Shown in pieces: positions 39,387 to 50,100 of a stretch of 64,000 nucleotides of DNA. The notes below the pieces were generated by a model that saw only the letters and a list, made by a program, of their open reading frames with translations, was not told the DNA's origin and did no database searches. This DNA comes from an uncultured Nitrospiraceae bacterium. Its GTDB lineage: Bacteria; Nitrospirota; Thermodesulfovibrionia; Thermodesulfovibrionales; Dissulfurispiraceae. The stretch spans positions 64,001 through 128,000 of the forward strand of contig CAVPIW010000005.1 in NCBI GenBank assembly GCA_963705105.1, read 5' to 3'. Both the position numbers and the translations under genes were made by a program. How positions within the stretch are numbered: the first letter of the stretch is position 1; each line of letters begins with the position of its first letter.

Positions 39387-40064
39387 TCACAGGACGCCCC
39401 TCTCTTTGAGACTCACGTACCTGCCCTCGCCGACGATCACGTGGTCGAGGACGGCGATACCGACGATATCTCCCGCCGACTTCAGCCTCTCCGTCGCTGC
39501 GATATCGTCGCGGCTCGGCTCCGGGTCTCCGCTCGGGTGATTGTGCACGAAGATGACGGCCGCCGCCGATTCCCGGATCGCCGCCGTGAAGGCCTCCCTG
39601 GGGTGCATGAGCGAATTACTGAGAGTGCCCTCGGAGACACGGGACTCCCTTATGAGACGGTTCTTCACGTCGAGCAGCAGCGCGTAGAGAGACTCCTTCC
39701 TCACGTTCTTGAACCGCGATGCGAAGTAGTCATACACATCCCTGCCCGATGAAAAGACGGGACCCGTCCGCGCCGGTCCGGCCATGAGACGTCTGCCGAG
39801 TTCAAGTGCCGCCTTGACCTGGGCCGCCTTCGCCGTTCCGACGCCTTTCTCCTTCTTCAGCTCGCCGAACGTCGCCACGTCGAGGTTGTCCAGGCCTTTC
39901 TCCAGCAGGTGGAGTGCGAGGGCCATCACGTCCCTGCCTCCTCCGCCGGTCCTGAGGAGGATCGCAAGGAGTTGGGCGTCGGAGAGGTTCGCAGCGCCGT
40001 ACCGCTCCAGCCGCTCCCTCGGCCTTTCATCCGCCGGCCAGTCCCTGACCTTCCTGCCGGGCAT
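39387..40064 (-). CDS. radC: RadC/JAB domain protein
   Basis: ERPRERL, LLAILLRTG and HNHPSGDPEPSRDD. Confidence 0.93.
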   Translation of the reverse strand: MPGRKVRDWPADERPRERLERYGAANLSDAQLLAILLRTGGGGRDVMALALHLLEKGLDNLDVATFGELKKEKGVGTAKAAQVKAALELGRRLMAGPARTGPVFSSGRDVYDYFASRFKNVRKESLYALLLDVKNRLIRESRVSEGTLSNSLMHPREAFTAAIRESAAAVIFVHNHPSGDPEPSRDDIAATERLKSAGDIVGIAVLDHVIVGEGRYVSLKERGVL

Positions 40065-40069
40065 ACCCC

Positions 40070-42067
40070 TTACTTCACCCTCGCTCCCCGCTTCACGTCC
40101 CTGTCGAGGGAGAGGATGGAGAGGGTCCCCTGGTCATCCGTCGCCGCGAGAAGCATGCCCTGGGACTCCACACCCATGAGCTTCGCAGGCTTCAGGTTCG
40201 CCACGACGACGATCTTCTTTCCGATGAGATCGTCGGGACCGTAGGACTTGCCGATCCCTGCCACGATCTGCCTCACCTCGCCGGTATCGACGGTCATCCT
40301 GATGAGCTTGTCCGACTTCGCCACCCGTTCCGCCGTCAGGACCCTGCCGACCTTCAGCTCGAGCTTCCCAAATTCTTCGATCCCGATCAGCTCCTTGCCG
40401 GCAGCGTCGCGCTTCTTCTCCGCAGGGGAGTCCCCGCCCCGCTGACTCTCTCCCTGTGCCGGTTCGATCTGCCTTTTTATGTCCTCCCGTTCAATGCGGG
40501 GAAAGAGCGCGTCGCCCTTTCTGACGGGTTTTCCCGGGGTCATGCCCCCCCATGCCGAGGCCTGATCGAATGCAATACCGCGGATCTCGCCGTCAAGACC
40601 CAGTTGTTCCCAAAGCTTCTGCGTCGAGTCGGGCATGAAGGGATGGAGGTAGATCGCCAGAAAGCGCATCGATTCGAGTGCTGAGTAGAGCACAGCCTTC
40701 AGCTCTCCCTCTTTCTCCCTGTCTTTTGCAAGAAGCCAGGGCGCAGAGGAATCGACGTACTTGTTCGTGAAGGAGACGAGCTTCCAGACCGCGTCGAGGG
40801 CGCCGTGGAAGTCCAGGACGCGCAGGCGATCCTCGATTTCTTTCCCGATGGACTCTGCAAGGGATTTTATTTCAGGCACCTCCCGGGTCTGCTCCGGCAC
40901 GATACCTCCGCAGTACCGCTCAACCATGGTCAGAATCCTGCTGGCGAGATTGCCGAAGTCATTGGCGAGCTCGGTGTTGATGCGCTTCACCATCGCCTTT
41001 TCCGAGAAATCGCCGTCCAGGCCGAAGGGCACCTCCCTGAAGAGAAAGAACCTGAAGGCATCGAGCCCGAACCGCTGCGCAACGCCGCCTGGATCGACGA
41101 CGTTGCCGATGGACTTGGACATCTTCTTTCCCTCGACCTTCCACCAGCCATGGGCGAAAATGTTCACCGGCAAGGGGAGGTCCAGGGCCATGAGCATCGT
41201 CGACCAGTACACGGCATGGGTGATCAGGATGTCCTTGCCGATGATGTGGTGGTCGGCGGGCCACCAGGAATCGTTGATAATGAAGGGCTCCGGCACTGTC
41301 TGATCGTCCCTGCAATCGGCCGTATCCGGCGAGAGGTAGGCCGTCGCCGAGATGTAGTTGACGAGGGCGTCGAACCAGACATAGGTGGTATATGCGTCGT
41401 CAAAGGGGAGGGAAATACCCCAGGCAAGCCGGTATTTCGGCCGTGATATGCAGAGATCGCCGAGGGCGTTGTTCCGCAGGAACCCGAGCACCTCGTTCCG
41501 CCTCGTTTCGGGCAGGATGTAACCGGGGTGCTCCTCGATGTGCTTTATCAGCCTCTCCTGGTAACGGGACATAAGGAAGAAGTAGTTGTCCTCCTTGATG
41601 CCCTCGACGGCCCTCCCGCAGTCGGGGCATGCCTGTTCGAGAAGGTCCTTCTCGGTCCAGAACCGTTCGCAGGGCGTGCAGTACATACCCTCGTACAACC
41701 GCTTCTCAATGTTGCCGTTCGCCCAGAGGCGCCGGAGAAATTCCCGGACGATTTCGGTGTGATTTCTGTCCGTCGTCCTGATGAATGCGTCGTTCGTGAT
41801 CCTGAGCGTCTGCCAGAGATCCCTGAAGTTTTTGACCATGCGATCGGCATGCTCTTTCGGGGTGAGGCCGCGTTCGGCAGCGGCGCGCTCGACCTTCTGG
41901 CCGTGCTCATCCGTGCCGGTCAGAAAGAAGACCGCCTTTCCCCTCAGCCTGTTGTACCGGGCGAGAACATCGGCCGCGATGGTCGTGTAGGCATGCCCGA
42001 TATGGGGCGTGTCGTTGACGTAGTATATGGGGGTCGTGACATAAAACTTGCCCTGCGATGACATCAT
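40070..42067 (-). CDS. metG: Methionyl-tRNA synthetase with a C-terminal tRNA-binding domain
   Basis: HIGH, GTDEHG, YVWFDAL and KMSKS. Confidence 0.97.
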   Translation of the reverse strand: MMSSQGKFYVTTPIYYVNDTPHIGHAYTTIAADVLARYNRLRGKAVFFLTGTDEHGQKVERAAAERGLTPKEHADRMVKNFRDLWQTLRITNDAFIRTTDRNHTEIVREFLRRLWANGNIEKRLYEGMYCTPCERFWTEKDLLEQACPDCGRAVEGIKEDNYFFLMSRYQERLIKHIEEHPGYILPETRRNEVLGFLRNNALGDLCISRPKYRLAWGISLPFDDAYTTYVWFDALVNYISATAYLSPDTADCRDDQTVPEPFIINDSWWPADHHIIGKDILITHAVYWSTMLMALDLPLPVNIFAHGWWKVEGKKMSKSIGNVVDPGGVAQRFGLDAFRFFLFREVPFGLDGDFSEKAMVKRINTELANDFGNLASRILTMVERYCGGIVPEQTREVPEIKSLAESIGKEIEDRLRVLDFHGALDAVWKLVSFTNKYVDSSAPWLLAKDREKEGELKAVLYSALESMRFLAIYLHPFMPDSTQKLWEQLGLDGEIRGIAFDQASAWGGMTPGKPVRKGDALFPRIEREDIKRQIEPAQGESQRGGDSPAEKKRDAAGKELIGIEEFGKLELKVGRVLTAERVAKSDKLIRMTVDTGEVRQIVAGIGKSYGPDDLIGKKIVVVANLKPAKLMGVESQGMLLAATDDQGTLSILSLDRDVKRGARVK

Positions 42068-42987
42068 TTCCTGAATCGCCTCCTTTTGCCCCTCGGACGG
42101 TCCTTCGGGCCCTTTTCCCTGTCCTGCTCCGCCGTCACTCCCTGTTCTCCGGTCCGTGCTTCTTTCGCCGGCTGAGGACGCTTCTGCGGGTGCGGCGAAG
42201 GATGTTCCCGCGGCGATCCCCTCGGATGCTCCTTCTTCGGCGCCCTGACCTCCGAAGTCCGTTCCTTGAAGCTCTCGACCGGCGCATCCTCCGCACCGAC
42301 GGGGATTTCGTCGTCCAACGCGATGCTCTCCAGGTCACCCTCGTATTCGTATCTGAGGCAGCAGAGCAGCCGGCCGCATTGGCCGGAGAGTTTGCCCACA
42401 TTGAGAACGAGTTCCTGTCTCTTGGCCATCTTGATCGACACGGGCTCGAAGGACGTCAGGAAGGTCGCGCAACAAAGCTCCCTCCCGCAGACACCGATGC
42501 CGCCGATGATCTTCGCTTCGTCCCTGACTCCTATCTGTCTCATCTCGATGCGGGTCTTGAACCGCGCCGCCAGATCCTTGACGAGTTCCCGGAAGTCGAT
42601 CCTTCCCTCGGCGGTAAAATAGAAGAGGATCCTCCTCCGGTCGAGGGTCGCCTCGGTTCCGACGAGCTTCATCGGCAGACCCCGGGCCATGATCCGCTCA
42701 AGGCAAAAATCCCAGGCCTCCTTTTCGAGCTTCCTGTTTTCTTCCTGAGTGGCCCTGTCTTCGTCAGACGCGAGGCGGATGATCTTCTTCAGCTCGCGCT
42801 CCGGCGGACTGACCGTCACTTTCCCCCGCACGACCATCCCGATGCTCAGACCGAACTCCGACTCCACGACAACGGAATCGCCCTGATTCACTTCTATGTC
42901 CGCGACATCGAAGTCATAAATCCTTCCGCAGGATTTAAACCGCACACCGACTATTTCGAATTCTTTTTCCATTTCAGATGAAACCAC
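42064..42987 (-). CDS. PSP1 domain (YaaT/RicT-like) protein
   Basis: RIDFRELVKDLA, RQIGVRDEA, CGRELCC and CGRLLCCLRYE. Confidence 0.92.
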   Translation of the reverse strand: MVSSEMEKEFEIVGVRFKSCGRIYDFDVADIEVNQGDSVVVESEFGLSIGMVVRGKVTVSPPERELKKIIRLASDEDRATQEENRKLEKEAWDFCLERIMARGLPMKLVGTEATLDRRRILFYFTAEGRIDFRELVKDLAARFKTRIEMRQIGVRDEAKIIGGIGVCGRELCCATFLTSFEPVSIKMAKRQELVLNVGKLSGQCGRLLCCLRYEYEGDLESIALDDEIPVGAEDAPVESFKERTSEVRAPKKEHPRGSPREHPSPHPQKRPQPAKEARTGEQGVTAEQDREKGPKDRPRGKRRRFRK

Positions 42988-43070
42988 CTCTCCCGCTCAG
43001 GCGCGTCTCCGGGTGCCTTCCCGGTCATAACCACACCCGAACGTGATACACGATAAAGACTAGTGAAAGA

Positions 43071-44018
43071 TCAGGAAATCTCCCTCATAATGCAGGAGAC
43101 ATAATTCCATGATATGGCCTTATTAAGATGAAAATCAAGCAGTTCCTTCACCGCATAGAGACGTCCGTGGGCGTCGACCAAAGCCTCGACACTGCCCGGC
43201 GTCTTCTTGCCGCCCGCCTTCCGTCCGGGGCCGCCTGAGATCATGCGGGACTCCTCTGCCGTCAGAGCGAACACGATCTCGTCCCTGATATGGAGAAAGG
43301 CCAGGTCCAGCCACAGCGCGATCGACTGCCTGTCTCCCCACGATTCCTTCGTGACGCCGCTGTTCATCTGGGCGAGGAGCTTCAGGAACCACTCCCGTTC
43401 CGCTGTAAAATCCCGGGATGAAGCAAGTCCGGGCCTGCCCATGACCAGGTTGAGAACCATGTTCCTGTCCTCTGCCCTGCCCTCTTGCGTGATGACTTTT
43501 TCGCATTCCGCCCTCGTGAGAGGATGGAAACGAACGTGGATGCAGCGCGACCTGACCGTGTCGGGCAGTCTGTCGGGGTTCCGGCTGGTCAGGATGATGA
43601 GGCTGTTCATGGGCGGTTCCTCGAGAGTCCTGAGAAAGGCATTGGCAGCACTCCTGTTCATCAGTTCCGCTTCGGTGACGACCACGATCTTCCAGCTCCC
43701 CTCATAAGGCTTCATCCTGAGAAAGTCCTCGACGTTTCTGATGAGGTCGATCCTGATTTCGTCCTGATCGGGAACCAGGAGACTGACGTCAGGATGGTTT
43801 CCCGAATCGATCTTCCTGCAGGAGATACACCTGTCACAGCTGTCAGAATCGACGGGATCGAGGCAGTTGAGGGCCTTGGCGTACTGGATCGCGCCGCTGA
43901 CCTTCCCGATTCCCTGATCACCGGAGAGGAGGAGCGCCGAGGGGATCCTCTTTTTCTTGAGCGTCCCGCTAAGAATGCGGACCGCCTTGTCCTGCCCTAT
44001 GATTGCGCTGATTGACAT
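43071..44018 (-). CDS. holB: DNA polymerase III delta' subunit
   Basis: CDRCISC..NHPD, ANAFLRTLEEP and TVRSRC. Confidence 0.92.
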   Translation of the reverse strand: MSISAIIGQDKAVRILSGTLKKKRIPSALLLSGDQGIGKVSGAIQYAKALNCLDPVDSDSCDRCISCRKIDSGNHPDVSLLVPDQDEIRIDLIRNVEDFLRMKPYEGSWKIVVVTEAELMNRSAANAFLRTLEEPPMNSLIILTSRNPDRLPDTVRSRCIHVRFHPLTRAECEKVITQEGRAEDRNMVLNLVMGRPGLASSRDFTAEREWFLKLLAQMNSGVTKESWGDRQSIALWLDLAFLHIRDEIVFALTAEESRMISGGPGRKAGGKKTPGSVEALVDAHGRLYAVKELLDFHLNKAISWNYVSCIMREIS

Positions 44019-44629
44019 AGCGATAGCGCCTGCGTCACTATGGACAAAATACGATCCCTCGTCTCTTCGATGGGGGCATCGGCCTGAACGACCTTGACAC
44101 GATCCGGGTCCGAACGGGCGATCTCGAGAAACCCCTCTCTCACCCTCCGGTGAAAGTCGATGCTCTCCCGCTCGATCCGGTCTTCCTTGTTCACTGCCCT
44201 GTTTCTCCTCAGCCCGGCCTCGGCATCGAGATCGAGCAGGATGGTAAGATCGGGCCTGATGCCTCCTGTGGCGATCATGTCGAGCCGGCCGATAAGGGAG
44301 AGGTCCAGTCCCCTTGCATGGCCCTGATAAGCGAGCGTCGAGTCGGTGAACCTGTCCGTTATGACGATCTTGCCATCCCTGAGCGAAGGCCCGATAAGTT
44401 CCGCAAGGTGCTGCGCACGATCAGCGTTATAGAGGAGGAGCTCCGTGACCGACGCCATGGCGCCGTTTGCCGGATCGAGAAGAATGCCCCGGACCTGCCG
44501 CCCGATCGCCGTGCCGCCCGGCTCCCGGGTGAGCACCACATCATACCCCCTGCCGGTCAGACCTTCAGCGAGCAAACGCGACAGCGTCGTTTTACCCGAC
44601 CCCTCGATGCCCTCAAAGGAGATGAACAT
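43997..44629 (-). CDS. tmk: Thymidylate kinase
   Basis: FEGIEGSGKTT, TREPGGT and DRFTDSTLAYQG. Confidence 0.95.
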   Translation of the reverse strand: MFISFEGIEGSGKTTLSRLLAEGLTGRGYDVVLTREPGGTAIGRQVRGILLDPANGAMASVTELLLYNADRAQHLAELIGPSLRDGKIVITDRFTDSTLAYQGHARGLDLSLIGRLDMIATGGIRPDLTILLDLDAEAGLRRNRAVNKEDRIERESIDFHRRVREGFLEIARSDPDRVKVVQADAPIEETRDRILSIVTQALSLCQSAQS

Positions 44630-44641
44630 GCCCCGACCCAT

Positions 44642-45664
44642 TCAGGACTGTTCTCTCAACCCTTCCTTTAATCGAATGAGCAGTTGAAAGGCCTTGATCG
44701 TCTCCTCGACGGTCCTCGTCCCGGTGCCGCAGGCCGGTGTCAGGAGGAGCCGGGAGAGGAGCAGTTCCCGGGGAACGAAAGAAGCCAGTGTTTCGAAGTA
44801 CCCTTTCATCGCCGAAATGAGAGCGATGTCGTCGATGTCGCTGATCGCGTCCGATGTCGGGACCATGCCCCAGGCGAGGTATCCGCCGGCCTCAAGGAAG
44901 GCGCGAACTTCATCAGCGTATATGGCAATGCTGTCGAAATATTCGAAGGAATCGAAACTCAGTATGTCCGTGCCGCAATGAAGAGGTATCGACCAATCGG
45001 CCCGGCCGCAGCAATGGATGCCGGGCATCGCTCCTGCCTGCCTGATCGACAAGGTGATCTCCTCCAGTAATCTCCGGACTTCCTCATTGCTGATACCCAG
45101 GTAAGAGGAGCTTCCCAGGGCGGAGAGGATGGGCTCATCGACGAAGAGGATAACGTCGTCTGCGTGCTGCCGCAGAAGGTCGATCTGCCACCGGGCCTTC
45201 GCCTTCAGCACCATGAGGGAGATCTCCCGGAGTTCCTCATCATAGAAAACCAGCTTTCCGTCCGAGTCCTTGAGCCCGAGGGTGAAGGTCACCGGCCCCG
45301 TAATGTGGCCCTTGAGGTAGCGGAACCGCCTGCCCCGGATCCTCCTCAGGAAGGTGTGGAGGCCCCGCGCATAGTCGTCGGACATGGCGATCTTCGTCTC
45401 TTCCGTCCAGGACTCGTAAAAACGGTCGATTTCGTCGCTGGCGGCCCGGTCGATGCGGATGCTCTGGCCTTGTTCATTGATCCTCACGTTGGGCATCCCC
45501 TCGGAGTACTGGGCGATCATGGACTCCTTGAATGATATCTTCGGCAATTGCGGCCAGAAGGGGATATCGAAGGTCCTGAGGATAAGTTCGCAGGCATCGG
45601 CCGGGTCCGTGTGGGGAACGCTGCCAATCCCCGTCATCGAAAAGGGCATGATTGTTTTCGGCAT
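44642..45664 (-). CDS. Cobalamin-independent methionine synthase-like (URO-D/CIMS fold) protein
   Basis: TGIGSVPH, KGHITGPVT, VDEP, GIHCC and TPACG. Confidence 0.75.
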   Translation of the reverse strand: MPKTIMPFSMTGIGSVPHTDPADACELILRTFDIPFWPQLPKISFKESMIAQYSEGMPNVRINEQGQSIRIDRAASDEIDRFYESWTEETKIAMSDDYARGLHTFLRRIRGRRFRYLKGHITGPVTFTLGLKDSDGKLVFYDEELREISLMVLKAKARWQIDLLRQHADDVILFVDEPILSALGSSSYLGISNEEVRRLLEEITLSIRQAGAMPGIHCCGRADWSIPLHCGTDILSFDSFEYFDSIAIYADEVRAFLEAGGYLAWGMVPTSDAISDIDDIALISAMKGYFETLASFVPRELLLSRLLLTPACGTGTRTVEETIKAFQLLIRLKEGLREQS

Positions 45665-45779
45665 GTGCTATTATACCAGATCACCAGTGTCCATAATAAT
45701 CACATACCCGTACTCATATCAATAACAGCTACCAGTGAAATCTTGAGAACGAGGACAGGGTTTTGGTTTCTGAAGCATA

Positions 45780-45998
45780 ACGCACGGTTGCCTTGCACGA
45801 AAAGACGGTGCAAAACGCCTCAAAGCCTCGCTGATAGCGAGCATGATTGTTTATTATTGGTGTATGAGGAATTCATTCGACCTGTCATCGATCTTTGGTT
45901 TGCAATGGTCTGTACGGGAAGGCAGAGGTTTCGCAGCACCGATGCTTTTCGGCGCATTCGCCCCGTCTTTCCTGAGATCTCATTGCGGTGATAAGGGT
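45780..45998 (+). repeat. Dispersed inverted-repeat element, copy E6
   Basis: TTGCACGAAAAGACGGTGCAAAACGCC ... GGCGCATTCGCCCCGTCTTTCC. Confidence 0.7.
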
Positions 45999-46016
45999 TT
46001 ATTATGCGAAGAAATC

Positions 46017-46781
46017 ATGCCCTATCCTCGTGCCACGTTATTTTGGACAGTCACGATGTTCTTTCTCTTCTGCTGTCTCTTGATCTCCGCTACCCCCTGT
46101 TCTGCGTTGTCCGATTCGGAGGTCGACGCGCTCTATCCGCTGACTGCAGGCATGACGACGGGAGAGAGGATCGCCTTTTGGGCCGGGCGGTTCGTCGGGA
46201 CCCCCTATGACACCGTCCCTGTCGGTATCTATGTGGCACGCGGTGTCATCGTGTCCGACGAAGCCGTTGATTGCATGTATCTGACATTCAGGTCCGTCGA
46301 GCTGGCGTTGAGCGGGAGCTCCGCAGAGGCCCGTCGCGTTGCGCTCGTCATGAGGTTCCGCAGCACGCAGGGCAAGGTCGACGGTGGACGGGTGAACTAT
46401 GACGGACGGTTCAGGTACGGAGAGGATATGATCCGGAGCGGTCAATGGGGCAGGGACATTACGGCCGGGATCGGCGATACGTTCAACAGTGCCGTACCGG
46501 AGGGTGATCGGGAGCTTCCGGCGATTTCACCCCGCACACTCTCAGAAAAACAGGATCAGCTGAGGAGCGGCGACATCGTCTTTTTCGTCAAGCATCCGAA
46601 AGGGAGGGTCCGCGGAGAGATAGTCGGGCATATCGGCATCATTAAAAGAGAGGCCGGCGCAGTCTATCTCATCCATGCCCAGGGAATGAAGAGGAAAGGG
46701 GGATCGGTGAGAAAATCTCCCCTGCAGGAATATCTCAGGACCATGCCTTTTTCCGGCGCCGTCCTGACGAGGTTCGACTAA
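46017..46781 (+). CDS. DUF1460/NlpC-P60-like amidase
   Basis: FVGTPY, VDCMY, LRSGDIVFF, GHIGII and LIHA; signal peptide. Confidence 0.8.
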   Translation: MPYPRATLFWTVTMFFLFCCLLISATPCSALSDSEVDALYPLTAGMTTGERIAFWAGRFVGTPYDTVPVGIYVARGVIVSDEAVDCMYLTFRSVELALSGSSAEARRVALVMRFRSTQGKVDGGRVNYDGRFRYGEDMIRSGQWGRDITAGIGDTFNSAVPEGDRELPAISPRTLSEKQDQLRSGDIVFFVKHPKGRVRGEIVGHIGIIKREAGAVYLIHAQGMKRKGGSVRKSPLQEYLRTMPFSGAVLTRFD

Positions 46782-46987
46782 TCCTTGAGTTTCTTCATGA
46801 TCTCCGGGAAGTCGCTCTTGAATTCCCCGTGAACCCTGCCGAGAAATATCTTAAGTCCCTTGATCTCCTTGTCTAATTCCCCGAATGCCGTCAGTTTCGA
46901 TTCAAGCCTGCCGACCTTTTCCGTGAGCGTAACCAGCTCCCGTTCGAGGAGCGCCAGTTTTTCCTGCAGGACGATGATCTCTTTCAT
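46778..46987 (-). CDS. Small coiled-coil hypothetical protein
   Basis: 69-aa ORF with heptad pattern. Confidence 0.6.
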   Translation of the reverse strand: MKEIIVLQEKLALLERELVTLTEKVGRLESKLTAFGELDKEIKGLKIFLGRVHGEFKSDFPEIMKKLKD

Positions 46988-46993
46988 GTGCCC

Positions 46994-47086
46994 CTATCTC
47001 CTCCTCTGAGCCCGTGTGCGCCTGCGCAGTTTCCTGTGCTTGTGCTTGCGCATCTTTTTTTTCCGCCATTTTACAACGTTCCCCAC
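46994..47086 (-). CDS. Small basic AURKAIP1/COX24 (bS22-like) protein
   Basis: MGNVVKWRKKKMRKHKHRKLRRRTRAQRRR after an AAGGAGGTG RBS. Confidence 0.85.
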   Translation of the reverse strand: MGNVVKWRKKKMRKHKHRKLRRRTRAQRRR

Positions 47087-47147
47087 GTCATCACCTCCTT
47101 CTGCTGTGATCTGACCGTCCCCCGAACCGTCAGCGGGAAGCAGGGGA

Positions 47148-50100
47148 TTACACGTCCTTCCCGTTGTGCTGCATTTTGACGGCTTCCATGAACGCCTCGA
47201 TCTGCAGCCTCGTCGTGGGAGATTCGGTCCCGTCATAGGGGATGCTGATGCATGTGACGCCGAAATCCCTCGTCAGCGCCTTCATGAAGGCCGTCACAAT
47301 CGTTCCCGGCATGCACCCGAAGGGCATGACATTGATGATGCCGGACGCTCCCCCCTCGATGAGGTCGATCGCCTTGCCGATGCTCAGAACGGTCTCGCCC
47401 TCGAAGGTCCCCGGCACGTAGGGCGACGCCTTTGCCATGATCTCCCGTATGGTCGGCTCTTCGAGAGTTTCAAGGAATCCTTTGAAGGGCTTGCCGAACT
47501 TGTGCTCGATTCTCTTCTGGACGATCTCCTTGATAAAGAGGTTTATGATAGCAGACCTGTCTCTTTTTATCAAGGCTTTCCGGAGGGAGACGGCGTTCAG
47601 ATATTTTATCCACTCATCGAGGGGCGCAAGCTTCACTTCACCGCCGAGGGCTTCAATCTGCCGGACGATCTGCTCGTTCGCGAAGGCATGGGACCTGACG
47701 AAGATCTCGCCGACGATGCCGACGGAAGGCCGCTTTTCAGGGGTCCGCGGCAGGGCTGCAAAGTCTTCCCTCATGCACCGCAGGAGCATCCTGATGTCAC
47801 CGTTTTTCCCCCTGACGGACCCTTCGATTCTCTGCAGATACTCGGCATAGAGGGCGTCGGCCTCCCCTGCCCCCAGTTCATAGGGTCTCGTCTCATGAAG
47901 GCACTTGAGGAGAAGATCGCAGGCGACGACCCCCTGCCACGAACGCTTCGAGAAATCCCTGCTCAACACGCCGAGCTCGCGGTAGAACGTTTCATCCTGG
48001 TTCGGCGCGAAGATGGGAATATCGTCGAGGCCGGCCTTCGAGAGAATGAGCCGCTGGGAGATGTTGTACTGGCCGAACCTGCAGGGCCCCGAACCGGAGG
48101 GCATGAAAAAAGCCGATTCCTCCGGTCTGAAGTCATCGGAGAGCGCTTTCGTGAGCATGTCGCCGGCCGTGATCACGTAAGGATAGCATTCCTTGCCCGA
48201 CACGTATTTTCGTCCCAGGTCGACGGACTCCTTCGTCGTTTCGGGAAGAATCTCGGCGGAAATGCCGCAGTGTTCGAAGGCCGCCTTGACGGCATGGACG
48301 TGGTCCGTCATTTTCGGGATGAATATGGTCCTTTTCCAGTTTGAACCGGTCCGGTAAATGTTGACGGACGACGAAAACTTCAGGAGACGGACGGACCTGA
48401 GATCCCTGTCGTCATCCTCCTTCTGCCGACCGCCGTGACGCATCTGCTGGTTGATGCTGTCAAGAAAAGCCTCGCATCTCGTTATTGCCCCGGCATCCGC
48501 GCTGTGCTCGTCGATCTCGATGTGCAGGAAGGGTTTCCCTTCCATCTCTTCCTTGAAATACTTCAGGATGAAGGAATCGGGGCCGCAGGAGAAATTGCCG
48601 ATGTATATGGCGTAGAGATTGGGGTTCGCCCGGACGATGCGGGCGGCCTTGAGAATCCTCTGTCCGGAACGCCAGTACATGCCCGGCCACAGGGCCTCGA
48701 GCTTCTCTTCTTCGAGAGGCAGGAAATCCATCGGCACGGAAAGGACCCTTATGTGCGAGAGCTTCTTCGGTATCTCGAGGTTGACGCCTGAATCGAAGGC
48801 ATTGTATGCCCTGCCGATGATGACGATGACCGGTTCATCGCCTTCCCGCCCTGCTGTCCTGAGAATCTCCCTTCCCTTTTCCCTGATCGCCTTTCTGAAC
48901 TCCTCCTGTGCTGCACCGGCAGCGGCAAGGGCCCTTTCGACAGCCTGCATGCCGACGCCGAACTGATGAAGGGACCCTTTCAGTTCCCTCTTCAAACCGG
49001 CCGTTCCCCTGGAGAGATCGACGACGGGACTGATTATGTCAAGACCGTTGATGGCGATCTTCGACAGATAGGGAATGGTCTGTGTGTAAGGGCATGCGAC
49101 ACCCCTCGGATACTCGTCACCGTTCTGGTTAATATTGATGAAGCTGGGTATGAAGAGCCTCGTAATCCCCCTGTCCTTGAGATACTGGATGTGACCGTGG
49201 GCCACTTTGACGGGAAAGCAGGCCTCGGACAGGACGTTTTCAAGCCCGAGGTTGACGATCTGCTTGTTCGTCCTCGGCGAGACGACGACCTCGAACCCCA
49301 GATCGGAGAGAAAAGCCGACCAGAAGGGCAGAAAATCGTGCATAAAAAAGATATAAGGGACGCCGATGACCCCCAGCGGTTTGGCCGCGCCTTCCGTCCG
49401 AGCCTTCTGATCGGCAAGGTGCCTCTTCCAGAGCATCTCCTCGCGGAATGAAAAGAGATCGGGGAGGTCCGATTGCTGTGCCTTGCGGATATCGTACTTC
49501 TCGCACCTGCCTCCGTAGAAAAGGAACCCGTCGTCTCCCTCCACTTTCACCCTGTTGATTTCACAGACATTCGGGCAGCCCTTGCACTCGAAGGAGCTGA
49601 TCTCATGAGACCGCTCGGAGAGGTCAAAGCCCTTGAACGTCGTCAATCGACCGGTCTGACCGGACATGACCTCACGGGCGATAATCGCCATACCGATGGC
49701 GCCGGTGACGTCATGATTCGGCGGGACCGTTATGTGCGTCCCGAGATACTTCTCGAAGGCCGCGACGACTGCCTTGTTGAAGGCGACGCCACCCTGGAAG
49801 AAGATCCGGTTCCCCACGGGTTTTCCCGCCACGACCCTGTTGATATAGTTCTGCACGATCGAGTAGGCCAGCCCCGCCAGCAGGTCTCTCTTGTCGGCGC
49901 CCCTCTGGAGGTTGGCCATGAGGGAGTTCTCCATGAAGACCGTGCACCGCTCCCCGAGCCTGCAGGGCTTGCGGGAACTGAAGGCAAGGTCTGCGAATTC
50001 CCCCTTGACCGATATCTGGAGCTTTTCCGCCTGTTCCTCCAGGAATGACCCTGTCCCGGCGGCGCAGGCCTTGTTCATCTCGAAGTCGACGATGATACCG